In this document: in pieces, positions 1 through 10,517 of the stretch
How positions within the stretch are numbered: the stretch's first letter is position 1
Layout: each line of letters starts with the position of its first letter
IMG/VR virus record: IMGVR_UViG_3300042465_005116
Location: 165,288 to 229,287 of that record
Direction: 5' to 3' (one strand)
DNA: 64,000 nucleotides
From: a virus
Lineage: Duplodnaviria; Caudoviricetes
Program-made: the position numbers and the translations under genes
The notes under the pieces: generated by a model
Told to the model about the DNA's origin: nothing
The model's database searches: none
Seen by the model: the letters and a program-made list of their open reading frames with translations, nothing else

Positions 1-121
1 TTATCAATACTACCACTACTGCCCTCATTGCATATTCCCCATCCCTCTTATATTCTTTTTTATTCTTTATCATACCGGTCGGATTCGTTGCGGCCTTCGT
101 ATTAGTTAGACCAATTGGGGT

Positions 122-313
122 TTAATCTAAATACTCAATTGATTCCGTTACTATGGTTGCAATACAATAAAATAGGATTGCCGGAAATGGTGTGAATATC
201 GATGCGAGAAATAATACTCTCCAAATTGCAACATCACTATTAGTGTATCTTGCTAATCCACTACATACTCCCCATATCTTTTTATCCAATTCACTTCTAT
301 AATATTTTTTCAT
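122..313 (-). CDS. pspC: PspC-domain membrane protein
   Basis: YRSELDKKIWGVCSGLARY followed by a hydrophobic helix matches the PspC pattern (R..DK.I.GVC.GLA.Y). Confidence 0.8.
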   Translation of the reverse strand: MKKYYRSELDKKIWGVCSGLARYTNSDVAIWRVLFLASIFTPFPAILFYCIATIVTESIEYLD

Positions 314-314
314 A

Positions 315-464
315 TTACCATCGTTGTTTTTTGTTAACTCCTATCCATGTATCTTTTTTCTTATCAGTTGCCTCTTTAGTTTTTGGACGGGGTTTTAATT
401 TTATTTTTACAGGAGTTTCGGTATACTCCCACTTCTCTATATTATTGGGGTCTATTCGTGCCAT
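315..464 (-). CDS. small hypothetical protein (49 aa, MARIDPNNIEKWEY...)
   Basis: Read manually; fills the gap between co-oriented genes, below the ORF-track cutoff. Confidence 0.5.
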   Translation of the reverse strand: MARIDPNNIEKWEYTETPVKIKLKPRPKTKEATDKKKDTWIGVNKKQRW

Positions 465-469
465 ATGGG

Positions 470-781
470 TTACAATAAAAATTCAGTATCATCACCGGTT
501 GAATAAGGTATATATTGAGAAACAAATTCTTGATGGTTTCTCCATCTTTCTGCATCTTCTCTTAATTGACGAATCTCATCTCTCAACTCTACTGCTTCCG
601 CATGTAATTGTTGAATCTCTGCTTTTAATCTTTCATTATCTCCTTGTATATTAAGGATTTGCAATTGGTAAACTCTATTGTTACCATCTTCATATACTCC
701 CATGTGTTTGTCTATGTTTTGTGTGTAGGTCGTTCCATCACTCAATGGAAAGGTTTTCGTTAAGTAATCCTCACGCTTCAA
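470..781 (-). CDS. hypothetical coiled-coil protein
   Basis: ORF track; heptad-like C-terminal half. Confidence 0.55.
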   Translation of the reverse strand: MKREDYLTKTFPLSDGTTYTQNIDKHMGVYEDGNNRVYQLQILNIQGDNERLKAEIQQLHAEAVELRDEIRQLREDAERWRNHQEFVSQYIPYSTGDDTEFLL

Positions 782-953
782 TTTCTTTTTGGATAGTTTC
801 GATTTGATGCTCTAATTGGTCAATCTCAATATTCAATTTATTCAATTGATATTCTAATAACTCTTTATCTGATTTTTTCAGATGTAACTCATTTTGCAAT
901 GGTAGTAGTTGTCTTTCGAATCTACGTGGGATGGGTTTGGAATTTGTGTTCAT
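771..953 (-). CDS. hypothetical coiled-coil protein
   Basis: ORF track; co-oriented and overlapping the neighbouring gene. Confidence 0.5.
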   Translation of the reverse strand: MNTNSKPIPRRFERQLLPLQNELHLKKSDKELLEYQLNKLNIEIDQLEHQIETIQKEIEA

Positions 954-962
954 AACTTATTT

Positions 963-1769
963 TTATATTTGTGAATCTATTTTAAATATACGATTTATAA
1001 TATTTTCTGCCATAATTTGATGACCTTCTACTGATGGGTGTAAATCTTGATAACCACCTTCATCCCAGTTACCTTCGTTATGGGTATAACAAAACGCATT
1101 ATCCCTTATTAATAATTTATTGTTAGTTAGTAAGGTGTGAATATTAGTAGAAGTTTGACCATTAATAGTCATAGTTATTATATTATTTTCTATTTTTTCT
1201 TCGAATTCCTTTGAAATGACGGGTATGAATGCATACATCAATAGTAAATGAAAATGTATGTGTGGGTGTTTATCTCTTACCGAACAAAATAAATCTATAT
1301 AATCCTTTGCGGATTGTTCTTCATCAAATGTTTCAATGAATCCATGAATTTGTTCTCTCAATACAGGGTCAGTTTTTGGGTCACCTAATAGGTGAACCAT
1401 TTCGGTTGGTGTATATTGTACTTTATCTTTGGATATAAACCGCAACATTTGTGGTTCAATAATAATATGTTTTATATGATTTATATCCGTTGAATTAGTA
1501 TCTAATAATTTAGATAATATATCCGTTGAATTATACATCCAATCTTTATGGGTATCATTACCAACAATTTCATTATAACCCAATTCGTTACAAACTAATT
1601 TAGACCAACGGAACTTTCGTATATTATTAAAATCTTCGTTACACCATTGATGTGGCAATACTACTCCATTTTGCTTTAACCAATCAGAATCATTAAATCT
1701 TTTGGATAACTCCAATTCTAATCCAATACCTTGTGTAAACGAACTCCCACTAAATAATATTGATTGCAT
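963..1769 (-). CDS. SGNH/GDSL-like hydrolase paralogue
   Basis: N-terminal FSGSSFTQG and C-terminal DLHPSVEGH. Confidence 0.65.
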   Translation of the reverse strand: MQSILFSGSSFTQGIGLELELSKRFNDSDWLKQNGVVLPHQWCNEDFNNIRKFRWSKLVCNELGYNEIVGNDTHKDWMYNSTDILSKLLDTNSTDINHIKHIIIEPQMLRFISKDKVQYTPTEMVHLLGDPKTDPVLREQIHGFIETFDEEQSAKDYIDLFCSVRDKHPHIHFHLLLMYAFIPVISKEFEEKIENNIITMTINGQTSTNIHTLLTNNKLLIRDNAFCYTHNEGNWDEGGYQDLHPSVEGHQIMAENIINRIFKIDSQI

Positions 1770-1832
1770 TATTTTGATTCTAGTGTGTTTATATATAAAT
1801 TGAGTTTTTCACACAATTTAGGAAATAAATTT

Positions 1833-2822
1833 TTATTCACTAATATTATCCAAAGTTTGTATAATATCTTTATTAATAGTTTTTTCATAATTTATATTTT
1901 TTTTATTTAGAATATTAAATATTAGTTTTTCATACAAAAAAATACTGGATGTTTCAAAGTATCGTTCAATCGAATTTGAAAAGAAATAAAATCGTTTATT
2001 GGATACACGTTTAAGCATATTAGTATGGTCTATGTCGGCATTCTTTACATTCCATTGATTTGAATTATGAAATAAATTGTATCTATTAGTATACTCTTCA
2101 ATACCCAACTCATCTATAAATATTGCAGGATGTGAATCTATATCATTTATATCAATTACTTTAATAGTTTCCCAATTTTTAAATTGATGTAATAATAAAT
2201 ATGCTAAATGAAATACTGGTTGAGTATGTAAATCTGATAATATTACGTCATCTATTCTTGATTTTAAAAATAAATCGTTTAAAAAATACTCATTAAACCT
2301 TTCCCATTCTTTAGACCACTCATCATTAAAATTTATAGATGAGGTTACTGAGTCGGTTGGGTTTGTTAATAACTTATAATCTATTGGATAGTTAGTTAAA
2401 TCAAAACTAAATTCACTATGATATTGCACATTATTTAATGTGTTATTAATATATGCTGTTTGAATTTCCACAAAAAACTCAGCCAATTTATGAATCATAC
2501 CAGAACGAAACCTATCTTTTGGGTTTCGTATTACAATCACCGATACCTTATTAAAAATATTAATGATATCATCTTGTGTATATTGATTGGTGATTACATT
2601 ATGATTAAAATCTTCAATTGTTATATTACCTATAAATCCATTTGGTAACTCACATATTAGCATATCCTTTTCAAGTTCATGTTCCGGATTATACTCGTAA
2701 AAAGATAATCTCAAATACCCACTTTCAGAATTTGAAAAATTATTTAAATAGATACTACCAACCTTAGTAGCGGTAATCCAATATGAATTACCCATAGGTA
2801 TTAAATTTATATGTATAGACAT
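1833..2822 (-). CDS. sulfotransferase-like protein (Sulfotransfer_2/CHST-type motifs), paralogue 1
   Basis: TKVGS (5'-PSB-like), IRNPKDRFRSG (3'-PB-like), HTQP. Confidence 0.55.
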   Translation of the reverse strand: MSIHINLIPMGNSYWITATKVGSIYLNNFSNSESGYLRLSFYEYNPEHELEKDMLICELPNGFIGNITIEDFNHNVITNQYTQDDIINIFNKVSVIVIRNPKDRFRSGMIHKLAEFFVEIQTAYINNTLNNVQYHSEFSFDLTNYPIDYKLLTNPTDSVTSSINFNDEWSKEWERFNEYFLNDLFLKSRIDDVILSDLHTQPVFHLAYLLLHQFKNWETIKVIDINDIDSHPAIFIDELGIEEYTNRYNLFHNSNQWNVKNADIDHTNMLKRVSNKRFYFFSNSIERYFETSSIFLYEKLIFNILNKKNINYEKTINKDIIQTLDNISE

Positions 2823-2823
2823 T

Positions 2824-3858
2824 CTATTGAGGTGGTTTATTTTTTAGTAACATTAAGTAGGTGACCATTTCCATTGAATATATAGCAGAATCTTTAAAAT
2901 AATCAGTTAATTCTTTAAGTTCTATATTTTTAAACATATTATTTGATTCTCTAATAAAATTTACATATTCTTCTTCAGTTCTAGTTACAACACCATAATC
3001 TGAAATGATATCGTTACCCAATAATGAACGTTTGGCTTTATGTTTTGCAGGTGTCTTTGAGTACCATTCGCGTAATCTTAGTTTAGTCTTTTCAAACTCA
3101 GCTTTACCTAATTCTAATTCAAATAAATCATTTCTAGAATCTAAATCGTTTATATCTATTATTTCTAAATTAGATAAAATATTAAATTCAGTAAACAACA
3201 TGTGTGATTTATATAGATATGGCTGAGTATGTATATCACCTGTGAAACTTCTATTTACTACGTTGTATTTTAATATATCGGTAAATAATTCATAACAAAA
3301 ATCTTTCCATATACTAAACCATTTAATAGTGATTGTATCATTTTCATTTATACGTTCTGTATTAATTAATTTATAATTTTCAAATAAAAAAGTATAGTCT
3401 ATTGGATAGGTTGAGTGAGATGCTATACCAGGACACAATTCACATTTAGTCCAATCTAAGGTAGACGGGGTATTGTAAGCGGTATATAATTCTTCAAAAA
3501 ATTGTTTTGTTTTTTGAATTAATCCGGTAATGAATCTATCAAATGGATTTCGAATAACCCAAACTGAGCATCGATTCATTATAAATTTTAATTCATCTTT
3601 TGTAAGTTTTATTTCGTTATGATTAGAATCTTTAATAGTTACTAAAAATTTAACTCCTGATAATTCTATATTATTTTTATCCTCTAATGAATTCTCACTT
3701 GTTGGGGTTATTTTTATATATTTTATAGTATCTGTATCACTTACATATTGTGATAGATATCTACTTCCAACTTTGGCGTTTGTTATCCAGTATCGACTCC
3801 CCATAGGAATTAGGGTGTAATCAAACTCTATATTATAACCCGATAAATCTATTGACAT
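2824..3858 (-). CDS. sulfotransferase-like protein, paralogue 2
   Basis: YWITNAKVGS, IRNPFDRFITG, HTQP. Confidence 0.55.
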   Translation of the reverse strand: MSIDLSGYNIEFDYTLIPMGSRYWITNAKVGSRYLSQYVSDTDTIKYIKITPTSENSLEDKNNIELSGVKFLVTIKDSNHNEIKLTKDELKFIMNRCSVWVIRNPFDRFITGLIQKTKQFFEELYTAYNTPSTLDWTKCELCPGIASHSTYPIDYTFLFENYKLINTERINENDTITIKWFSIWKDFCYELFTDILKYNVVNRSFTGDIHTQPYLYKSHMLFTEFNILSNLEIIDINDLDSRNDLFELELGKAEFEKTKLRLREWYSKTPAKHKAKRSLLGNDIISDYGVVTRTEEEYVNFIRESNNMFKNIELKELTDYFKDSAIYSMEMVTYLMLLKNKPPQ

Positions 3859-3860
3859 TT

Positions 3861-4184
3861 TTAATTTAGTTTTGGTAGTTCTAATACAAGTCCATTTAAT
3901 TTATCAGTCAAATGTAATTGACATGACAATCTTGATTTTGCCGTTCTTAAATCACCAACATCATCTAACATCATATCTTCAATCGTACCCATTTTTACTA
4001 ACTCATTATCAGAGTTTATATAAACATGACAAGTAGAACACATTCCAAGTCCTGAACAAGTTCCTTCTATTCCAAACTCATTGGCTCTTAGGAATTCCAT
4101 CAAATTCATACTCATGTTTGTTGGAGCTTCTAATGTGTGTAAATTATTTACTCTGTCTATAATATTAATTGTTATACTACTCAT
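3861..4184 (-). CDS. fdx: 2Fe-2S ferredoxin, adrenodoxin/ISC-Fdx type
   Basis: CSGLGMCSTCHVY ... SRLSCQ cysteine pattern. Confidence 0.9.
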   Translation of the reverse strand: MSSITINIIDRVNNLHTLEAPTNMSMNLMEFLRANEFGIEGTCSGLGMCSTCHVYINSDNELVKMGTIEDMMLDDVGDLRTAKSRLSCQLHLTDKLNGLVLELPKLN

Positions 4185-5166
4185 TTATATTATGTAATAA
4201 GTTATAAAATGTTTGAATTTCTAATGTGTATAATTTGTAGTTAGCCAACCAATCGTATATTGGTTGCCAGTTTATATCTTTAAATACAATATTTGATTCT
4301 TGATAATACGGATTTCCAAAAAAATGATTTAGATTCTCTCTAACGTGTATATCACTTATACTAGATAAAATTAAATCTTTAGATTCATTTAATTTATTTA
4401 TATCTATTATTTTCATATTTTTAAATACATCAATATCCATTAAAAATTGGTATTGCAAATATAAAAATGTTTGAGTATGGTTATTCGTTTCGATTAAATA
4501 AGAAAGGTCATTTGGATGAATAGAATCAAATGTTAATTTACAAAATTTTTGCCATTCTAACTTCCATTCTGCCGTTATTTTATTTGGGTATCTATTAATC
4601 GTATCCAAATTTATCTTAGTATTATTTATGATATCGTCTGAAAATGGATTATAAAATATATTCCAATTGATGTCAAATAGATGTTCATTTAAATTACCAG
4701 TTAATAATTTACACTCTTCGATAGATTTATTTTGTTTGTATAGTTTTATACTTTCAAAAAACCATTCTACTAACATTTGAGATACACCTGATTTTAAACG
4801 TTCTAATGGATTGCGTATCAATCCAAAATTTGTTTTACCTAAAATATCAATTAATTCATCTTTAGTAACTGGTTTATTCCATTCATTAACAGCAAGTATT
4901 TGCCAGTTAAAATAATTACCCTTTATAATGATAGAATCTGAATTGGGTTTGAAATCCACAACATCAAATTTATTTTCTATACGAAAATTATCATATTGAT
5001 AAAAAACCGGCGTTATACTGAGTGCAGTATATTGTGAGTTACCATTTAATTGACTAAAATTTGTTAAAAACCTAGAACCAACTTTGGGATTTGTTATCCA
5101 ATAATCAGTACCGATTTTATAAATCATTGCTGACCAACCTACATTTAGTAATTTACTATTCATCAT
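4177..5166 (-). CDS. sulfotransferase-like protein, paralogue 3
   Basis: YWITNPKVGS, IRNPLERLKSG, HTQT. Confidence 0.55.
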   Translation of the reverse strand: MMNSKLLNVGWSAMIYKIGTDYWITNPKVGSRFLTNFSQLNGNSQYTALSITPVFYQYDNFRIENKFDVVDFKPNSDSIIIKGNYFNWQILAVNEWNKPVTKDELIDILGKTNFGLIRNPLERLKSGVSQMLVEWFFESIKLYKQNKSIEECKLLTGNLNEHLFDINWNIFYNPFSDDIINNTKINLDTINRYPNKITAEWKLEWQKFCKLTFDSIHPNDLSYLIETNNHTQTFLYLQYQFLMDIDVFKNMKIIDINKLNESKDLILSSISDIHVRENLNHFFGNPYYQESNIVFKDINWQPIYDWLANYKLYTLEIQTFYNLLHNINE

Positions 5167-5183
5167 ATATAAATATATACTTT

Positions 5184-6383
5184 TTAAATAATGGTGTTAT
5201 TAATCCATTTGTCATACTCAACTTTTGAAATTGCTAAATTATGTTTTGTTTTATTCTTAGAATTAATATCTTCAGTTACCATATCTTTAATTTTAGTAAT
5301 GGTTTCATCAGATACTTTAAAGAATTTATTATTAAATAACATCTCGTTTACTAATAAAACATGAACAAATGGATGTGGGTGGTATCCAAACGATGCTATA
5401 AATCTTTCTGGATTTAACTCCATATCAAATCTTGCATCTTGACAAGCGGATAAGTATCCATACACACCATATTCCTCTAATGCATATTCATCAATACCAC
5501 CATAACGATATCCACCTTTGTTATAAAACCACCAATTGGATAAATCAATTTTATTAAATAATGAATTAAATTGTGGAAATATATTAACCAAATCATCTTT
5601 TTCAGATATATCTAAATTCTTTTTAAATTTGATATTTTGTTTAAGTATTCCATCATTAATTATCATTGGTTTATTTAAATATGATTCATATTTGTGAACT
5701 ATATTATCATTATTACCACTAGCCCATGCACTAAATTGTGATTGCATCATAGCAAAATTATAATCAATTAAATTAGATTTTAAATATCGTTGTAAATTTA
5801 ATATGTTATCTAAGTATTTTTTAACACGCACTTCAAATGGAATTCTTAATTCATATTCTAGTCCTATATTAAAATAAAATTCAAAATCAATATCATTTAA
5901 TTTCGAAATATCAGTTGGGTCGGTATGTAATGGGTTTATATAAAATAGCCCATCTATTGACATTATATTATGCACATCTTGTAAACACTTAATATTGATT
6001 GAATCGTATAATTGTTGAATTATTTCATTATTATTACCTTTAATATAAAAATGTCTATTTTTATATTTTTCTTTAGCAATATTATTATTTAAAAGTTGAT
6101 GTGAATATGCAGCTTGATTAATAGTAATTCTTTCAATTTGAGTCCATTCTACAAAACAATAAATATTCTCAGGCTTAACTCCTAATTTAAAAAGGGTTTC
6201 TATTGTGTGTATTACACTATCGTAAGCCCAATCAGAACTCTGACTTGCACATCCAACTTCAATAAAAATTAAATTATCTGATGTATCTAATTTAACATCT
6301 AAATTTTTAACTTCTAAACTACTGAGTGTAGTTGCATAACTACAACCACTTGCTACGATATATTTGTAGTTATTTAGATTCAT
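5184..6383 (-). CDS. SGNH-like hydrolase paralogue
   Basis: VASGCSY at the N-terminus, GYHPHP at the C-terminus; paralogous to the adjacent 6370..7608. Confidence 0.55.
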   Translation of the reverse strand: MNLNNYKYIVASGCSYATTLSSLEVKNLDVKLDTSDNLIFIEVGCASQSSDWAYDSVIHTIETLFKLGVKPENIYCFVEWTQIERITINQAAYSHQLLNNNIAKEKYKNRHFYIKGNNNEIIQQLYDSINIKCLQDVHNIMSIDGLFYINPLHTDPTDISKLNDIDFEFYFNIGLEYELRIPFEVRVKKYLDNILNLQRYLKSNLIDYNFAMMQSQFSAWASGNNDNIVHKYESYLNKPMIINDGILKQNIKFKKNLDISEKDDLVNIFPQFNSLFNKIDLSNWWFYNKGGYRYGGIDEYALEEYGVYGYLSACQDARFDMELNPERFIASFGYHPHPFVHVLLVNEMLFNNKFFKVSDETITKIKDMVTEDINSKNKTKHNLAISKVEYDKWINNTII

Positions 6384-7608
6384 ATTTTATAAAATTATTG
6401 ATGTACTTAGTAGAATATGTTAAATTATTTTTACTAATACCATCATAATTAATATCTTCATTTAATTTATCATTTATAAAAGTAATCCATTTTGGATTTA
6501 TTTTAAAAAAGGGATTATTAAAACATATTTTATCATGTAATAAAGTATATAGTAATTCAGTTGGATGCCAATTTGGTCCACCTATAAATTCTTGAGTAGG
6601 TAATTGAGTATCATTTTTTATTTTTGTATAAGCGTGAATTCCATATGTATCAAACATATATTCATCAATACCACCACGAGAAGAATTATCTGATTCATAG
6701 AACCACCAATTAGTAAAATCAATTAGGTTATATAAGTGTGTTATCTGTGGATATACAATTTCAACAGGTTCTCCTAATTTAATGGTTTCTATATATTGAT
6801 TATTATATATTATTTCATCTTTTCCATTCAAATAATATGGATGATATTTCCGGCCAAGTTTTATTTTTTGTTCATATTCAAACCCATTTGTAACCCATCC
6901 AGCAAACTCACATTGCATATTACAAAAATTATATTGAATATTTAATGATTTTAAATAAGATTGTAATGATATAATATTACTTAAATATTTTGTTAATAAT
7001 TCTATATTACTTGTTTTATGATATCTAGTTTTATGTGTTTCGTACCAAAGTTCCCATTCAGTTGGTAAATTTTTAAAATTGGTAGGTATTAATTGATTGG
7101 CAGATAAATATAATCTATTTTCAATAACTCCTACGTTTATTAATTCATCAAGTCTTCCAAATTTAAATTGATTTTTTATATAATTAATATTCAATTTAGT
7201 ATCTTTACTATATACTTTTAAAAAACTATTTACTTTTACATCTGATATTTTTATATAACTATCATGTGGTATGGAATATCTATTATACTGAGTCCACTCC
7301 ACAAAACAATAAATGTTTTCCAATTTAACTCCTAATTGTATTAATTTTTGAATAGCATATTGAGTAGAATGTAAAATCCATTCTGATGTTTGTGATGGTA
7401 AACTTACATCAATATTAATAATATTATCATCACTATTTGTTTGAATAATTTTTGGGTTTGTTAAACCATTGTCTAATGCACTTTTTTCTAATTCACCGAA
7501 TTCACTATGTATTTTTTCATAATGCGTATGGGTATGTATTGTGTTTTCAATTAAAACACTATAACTACAACCAGATGTAATTATGTATTTGTAATTATTC
7601 CAATTCAT
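6370..7608 (-). CDS. SGNH-like hydrolase paralogue
   Basis: ITSGCSY, NWHPTE; shares YCFVEWTQ and WWFY..GGIDEY blocks with 5184..6383. Confidence 0.55.
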   Translation of the reverse strand: MNWNNYKYIITSGCSYSVLIENTIHTHTHYEKIHSEFGELEKSALDNGLTNPKIIQTNSDDNIINIDVSLPSQTSEWILHSTQYAIQKLIQLGVKLENIYCFVEWTQYNRYSIPHDSYIKISDVKVNSFLKVYSKDTKLNINYIKNQFKFGRLDELINVGVIENRLYLSANQLIPTNFKNLPTEWELWYETHKTRYHKTSNIELLTKYLSNIISLQSYLKSLNIQYNFCNMQCEFAGWVTNGFEYEQKIKLGRKYHPYYLNGKDEIIYNNQYIETIKLGEPVEIVYPQITHLYNLIDFTNWWFYESDNSSRGGIDEYMFDTYGIHAYTKIKNDTQLPTQEFIGGPNWHPTELLYTLLHDKICFNNPFFKINPKWITFINDKLNEDINYDGISKNNLTYSTKYINNFIKYESK

Positions 7609-8314
7609 TTATTATAAATTTTGCACATTCTAAATGTGCTTCTGCTGTTGGGTGATTACGTGGTAAGAATCCTTCACCCATAAATTTAATATAATCATAC
7701 ATAGTACCAAATGTAAATTCATCAGGTAACATATTCCACAATACTTTCAAATCTAATTGATTAGTACGTTTACCAAATTTATCTATTTTATCTTCAGGTT
7801 CTTCTGGTAATCTATAATCGTAAAATGTATTAAAAAAATAGTATGGTATATTGTGTTTATCTAAAAAAGCAGATAAACTAATTATCTGATTAAATGTTCT
7901 GATATATGATGGAATATCTTCTGTCTGATGTAATACGAATTGGTCTTCGGTTGTTCTATCTTTATCATTCTCACCCCATTTATCATATCCCACCCATAAT
8001 CGTTCTTGTTGATATGAATCACCTGTCCACCATTCAAATCTTGTTGGGGATGTCCATCCAATTGATACAATAAGTTCATCCGAATATACCCAACCAGTTT
8101 CTTCACTCCATATATTTCTATCAAATATCCAACGAGATACATCTCTAATTGTTTGACGATATATATAATCATTTGAAACTCCGGCAGTTGCATTGTTGCA
8201 ATCTATCCAATCAAAGTGTTTTGCTATGTGATGCGAAAACCTTTCGGTTTCTTTATTCTCTAACTCAGCACCCCATACTACGGAATCACCATGTGTGTAT
8301 AGTATTTTACTCAT
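7595..8314 (-). CDS. SGNH-like hydrolase paralogue
   Basis: HGDSVVWG, GVSNDYI, NHPTAEAH; probable start is MSKIL at 8314 (TAATG overlap). Confidence 0.7.
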   Translation of the reverse strand: MSKILYTHGDSVVWGAELENKETERFSHHIAKHFDWIDCNNATAGVSNDYIYRQTIRDVSRWIFDRNIWSEETGWVYSDELIVSIGWTSPTRFEWWTGDSYQQERLWVGYDKWGENDKDRTTEDQFVLHQTEDIPSYIRTFNQIISLSAFLDKHNIPYYFFNTFYDYRLPEEPEDKIDKFGKRTNQLDLKVLWNMLPDEFTFGTMYDYIKFMGEGFLPRNHPTAEAHLECAKFIINELE

Positions 8315-8937
8315 TACTGATATATTTTTTGTGTACTCAAATCGTTGTACAACCAACTACCACCACAATGTGGATTATTTGAATGTATCTTTGATGAATG
8401 AAATATTTCTAATCCTCTCTGTGCTTGTTCTGGTGACATATACATATGCCAACCTATACAATCAAACTCATCCTCTTTATATAATTTGTATTTATGCCGA
8501 CCATCGTATATCATCGGTCTTGCCCACTCATTGAATTTCTCATCATCGGTAAGTATCATACCACCTTGTCCAATGTTTAGGATTTTTTTAATATGAAACG
8601 ATAATATCATATAATTTTCACCATCATACATTCCTTGATGAAACGCAGTTGCTGCATCTACTATTGGGACACCATCAAATTTATATAACCCATCCCATTC
8701 GTAATCTTCGAATATAGGTTTGTTACCAGATAGGATAATTTGGTTTGGGACGGATACATACGTTCTTGCCGGTATTCCAATTTCTTGACCAACTATACCC
8801 AAATAGTGTAATACCAAGCGAATTGCATTAGAATTTGAATCGCATGCAATTCCATATTTTGAACCACAGTAATCTGCTATTTCATTTTCAAAATGGGTAA
8901 CCCAATCCCAACTATCATTTATTGTATAATCTCGCAT
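8314..8937 (-). CDS. DegT/DnrJ/EryC1/StrS-family PLP aminotransferase, short form
   Basis: FENEIADYCG, VPNQI, IVDAA, SFHIKK.LNIGQGGMILTDD. Confidence 0.85.
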   Translation of the reverse strand: MRDYTINDSWDWVTHFENEIADYCGSKYGIACDSNSNAIRLVLHYLGIVGQEIGIPARTYVSVPNQIILSGNKPIFEDYEWDGLYKFDGVPIVDAATAFHQGMYDGENYMILSFHIKKILNIGQGGMILTDDEKFNEWARPMIYDGRHKYKLYKEDEFDCIGWHMYMSPEQAQRGLEIFHSSKIHSNNPHCGGSWLYNDLSTQKIYQ

Positions 8938-9730
8938 ATTCGTTTAATATGTAACTTGCCAATTCCTTTGATGCTAATTCATTTGGATGACCATTATTTC
9001 CATTAGTAAGAGTTTCATATTCATTCTTACCATTTTTCCATAACCATTCATTAATACTTAATCCATCAAATGATATAAAATTTTTATTGTAAATGTAATC
9101 AACTACCCCATCATTCAGTATACTTGAAAAATCTCCAATATTTTCTACTGAATATTTTATATCATTTGGGTATTTTCTTATTTTAAACTGTCTTAATGAA
9201 TTATCTATTAATATTTTGGTTGGATTAATTGCATCAAAAAAAATATAAGGAATATTGTTTGCTTCCAAATAAGTTTTAAGCGTAATCATATTATAATATG
9301 TTTTAAATATACAATAACGCAACGAAGAAAAAAATGGCCAGAGTGAATCTTTATTCTTTCTCACCCATCCATGTGGTGTAAGTATATCACCTTGCCAAAT
9401 ATCATTTTCTTTATTCTCATCAATGAAATCTTCCGGTTGCATCGAATGAAAACAACCCAAACCTTCGTGTGGTTCAAAAAATACCATTTGTCTAGTTGGT
9501 TCGGACCAACCAATCATTACTACTGAATCTTTTGCTATTTCTTGATTACTAATTAAAAATGATAATACTTTTTGGGTGATGAATTCATTCCCTACCCCAC
9601 CTTTTGCTAAATTGTGAAGTGTTTGACCAGTTTGTTGGGATATCCAATATGCCCAACTTCCATTATTACCTAAATTATGTCCTTCGGAGAATGAACATCC
9701 ACCTACTATCAGATTTGTTTTATTCATCAA
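8915..9730 (-). CDS. SGNH-like hydrolase paralogue
   Basis: VGGCSFSEG, GVGNEFI, NGHPNE. Confidence 0.7.
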   Translation of the reverse strand: MMNKTNLIVGGCSFSEGHNLGNNGSWAYWISQQTGQTLHNLAKGGVGNEFITQKVLSFLISNQEIAKDSVVMIGWSEPTRQMVFFEPHEGLGCFHSMQPEDFIDENKENDIWQGDILTPHGWVRKNKDSLWPFFSSLRYCIFKTYYNMITLKTYLEANNIPYIFFDAINPTKILIDNSLRQFKIRKYPNDIKYSVENIGDFSSILNDGVVDYIYNKNFISFDGLSINEWLWKNGKNEYETLTNGNNGHPNELASKELASYILNEYARLYNK

Positions 9731-10516
9731 TTATGTATTTTTAGGAGTATACCCATAATCTTCGCCTCCTTTACCAACAAAATGCCCACTCCATTCGGCA
9801 TCTTCATGCAGTTTATGGTGTGAGTAATCATTTGTAGTATAGGTACTTCTATGTGGTGGATTTTCTTTATCTGGTTCGGATGTTGAAATGTAATAAAAGA
9901 AACGTATCGCACATCTACCATATACATCATCAGGACAATCAACTTTACTTACTGAGTGAACTGGCCCTTTTGTTACATTTTCAGAAATAATAAAACGATT
10001 AAATAGTGGTGCAATGGATTCAACTATTTTTGCATCTGGGTCTAATTCAGGGTTTGATGTCCACTCTACGTTGTGTCCACCCCATTCTGATTTCCAATTC
10101 GGTGTGATATATAATATCCCTGTAAGTTTTCTATGTAATCGTAATCTATCATTCCAATTGAAATCAAAGTGTGGAGATAATATCGTTCCCTTTCTTAAAA
10201 TAGAATATCCTGCACCAACTAAATGTGGGTCAGGTAATAATCCTACAATTCCTGTCATATTTTCAAGTTGATATAAGAACTCGCCTGAATGCATTATATC
10301 GTATGTAACTCTATGTGCGGTTGGTAGTGAAATTAGGTCATTGAACTCTTCCATACGAGAACCTGCTCTGGTAAATACTGTCCATCCACCTTTGGGAGCA
10401 TTCACGCATTCCTCATAAAGTTTCATGCAGGTTTCCTGGTCTAAAAAGTTATCAATTGTAACTCGAGGAAATCCTTCCTCTTTATTTCTATCCCATTCTA
10501 CTTTTTTGTTAATCAT
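9731..10516 (-). CDS. 2OG-Fe(II) oxygenase (prolyl-hydroxylase-like)
   Basis: HFDFN (HxD), LYITPNWKSEWGG, distal VHSVS and R. Confidence 0.85.
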   Translation of the reverse strand: MINKKVEWDRNKEEGFPRVTIDNFLDQETCMKLYEECVNAPKGGWTVFTRAGSRMEEFNDLISLPTAHRVTYDIMHSGEFLYQLENMTGIVGLLPDPHLVGAGYSILRKGTILSPHFDFNWNDRLRLHRKLTGILYITPNWKSEWGGHNVEWTSNPELDPDAKIVESIAPLFNRFIISENVTKGPVHSVSKVDCPDDVYGRCAIRFFYYISTSEPDKENPPHRSTYTTNDYSHHKLHEDAEWSGHFVGKGGEDYGYTPKNT

Positions 10517-10517
10517 A

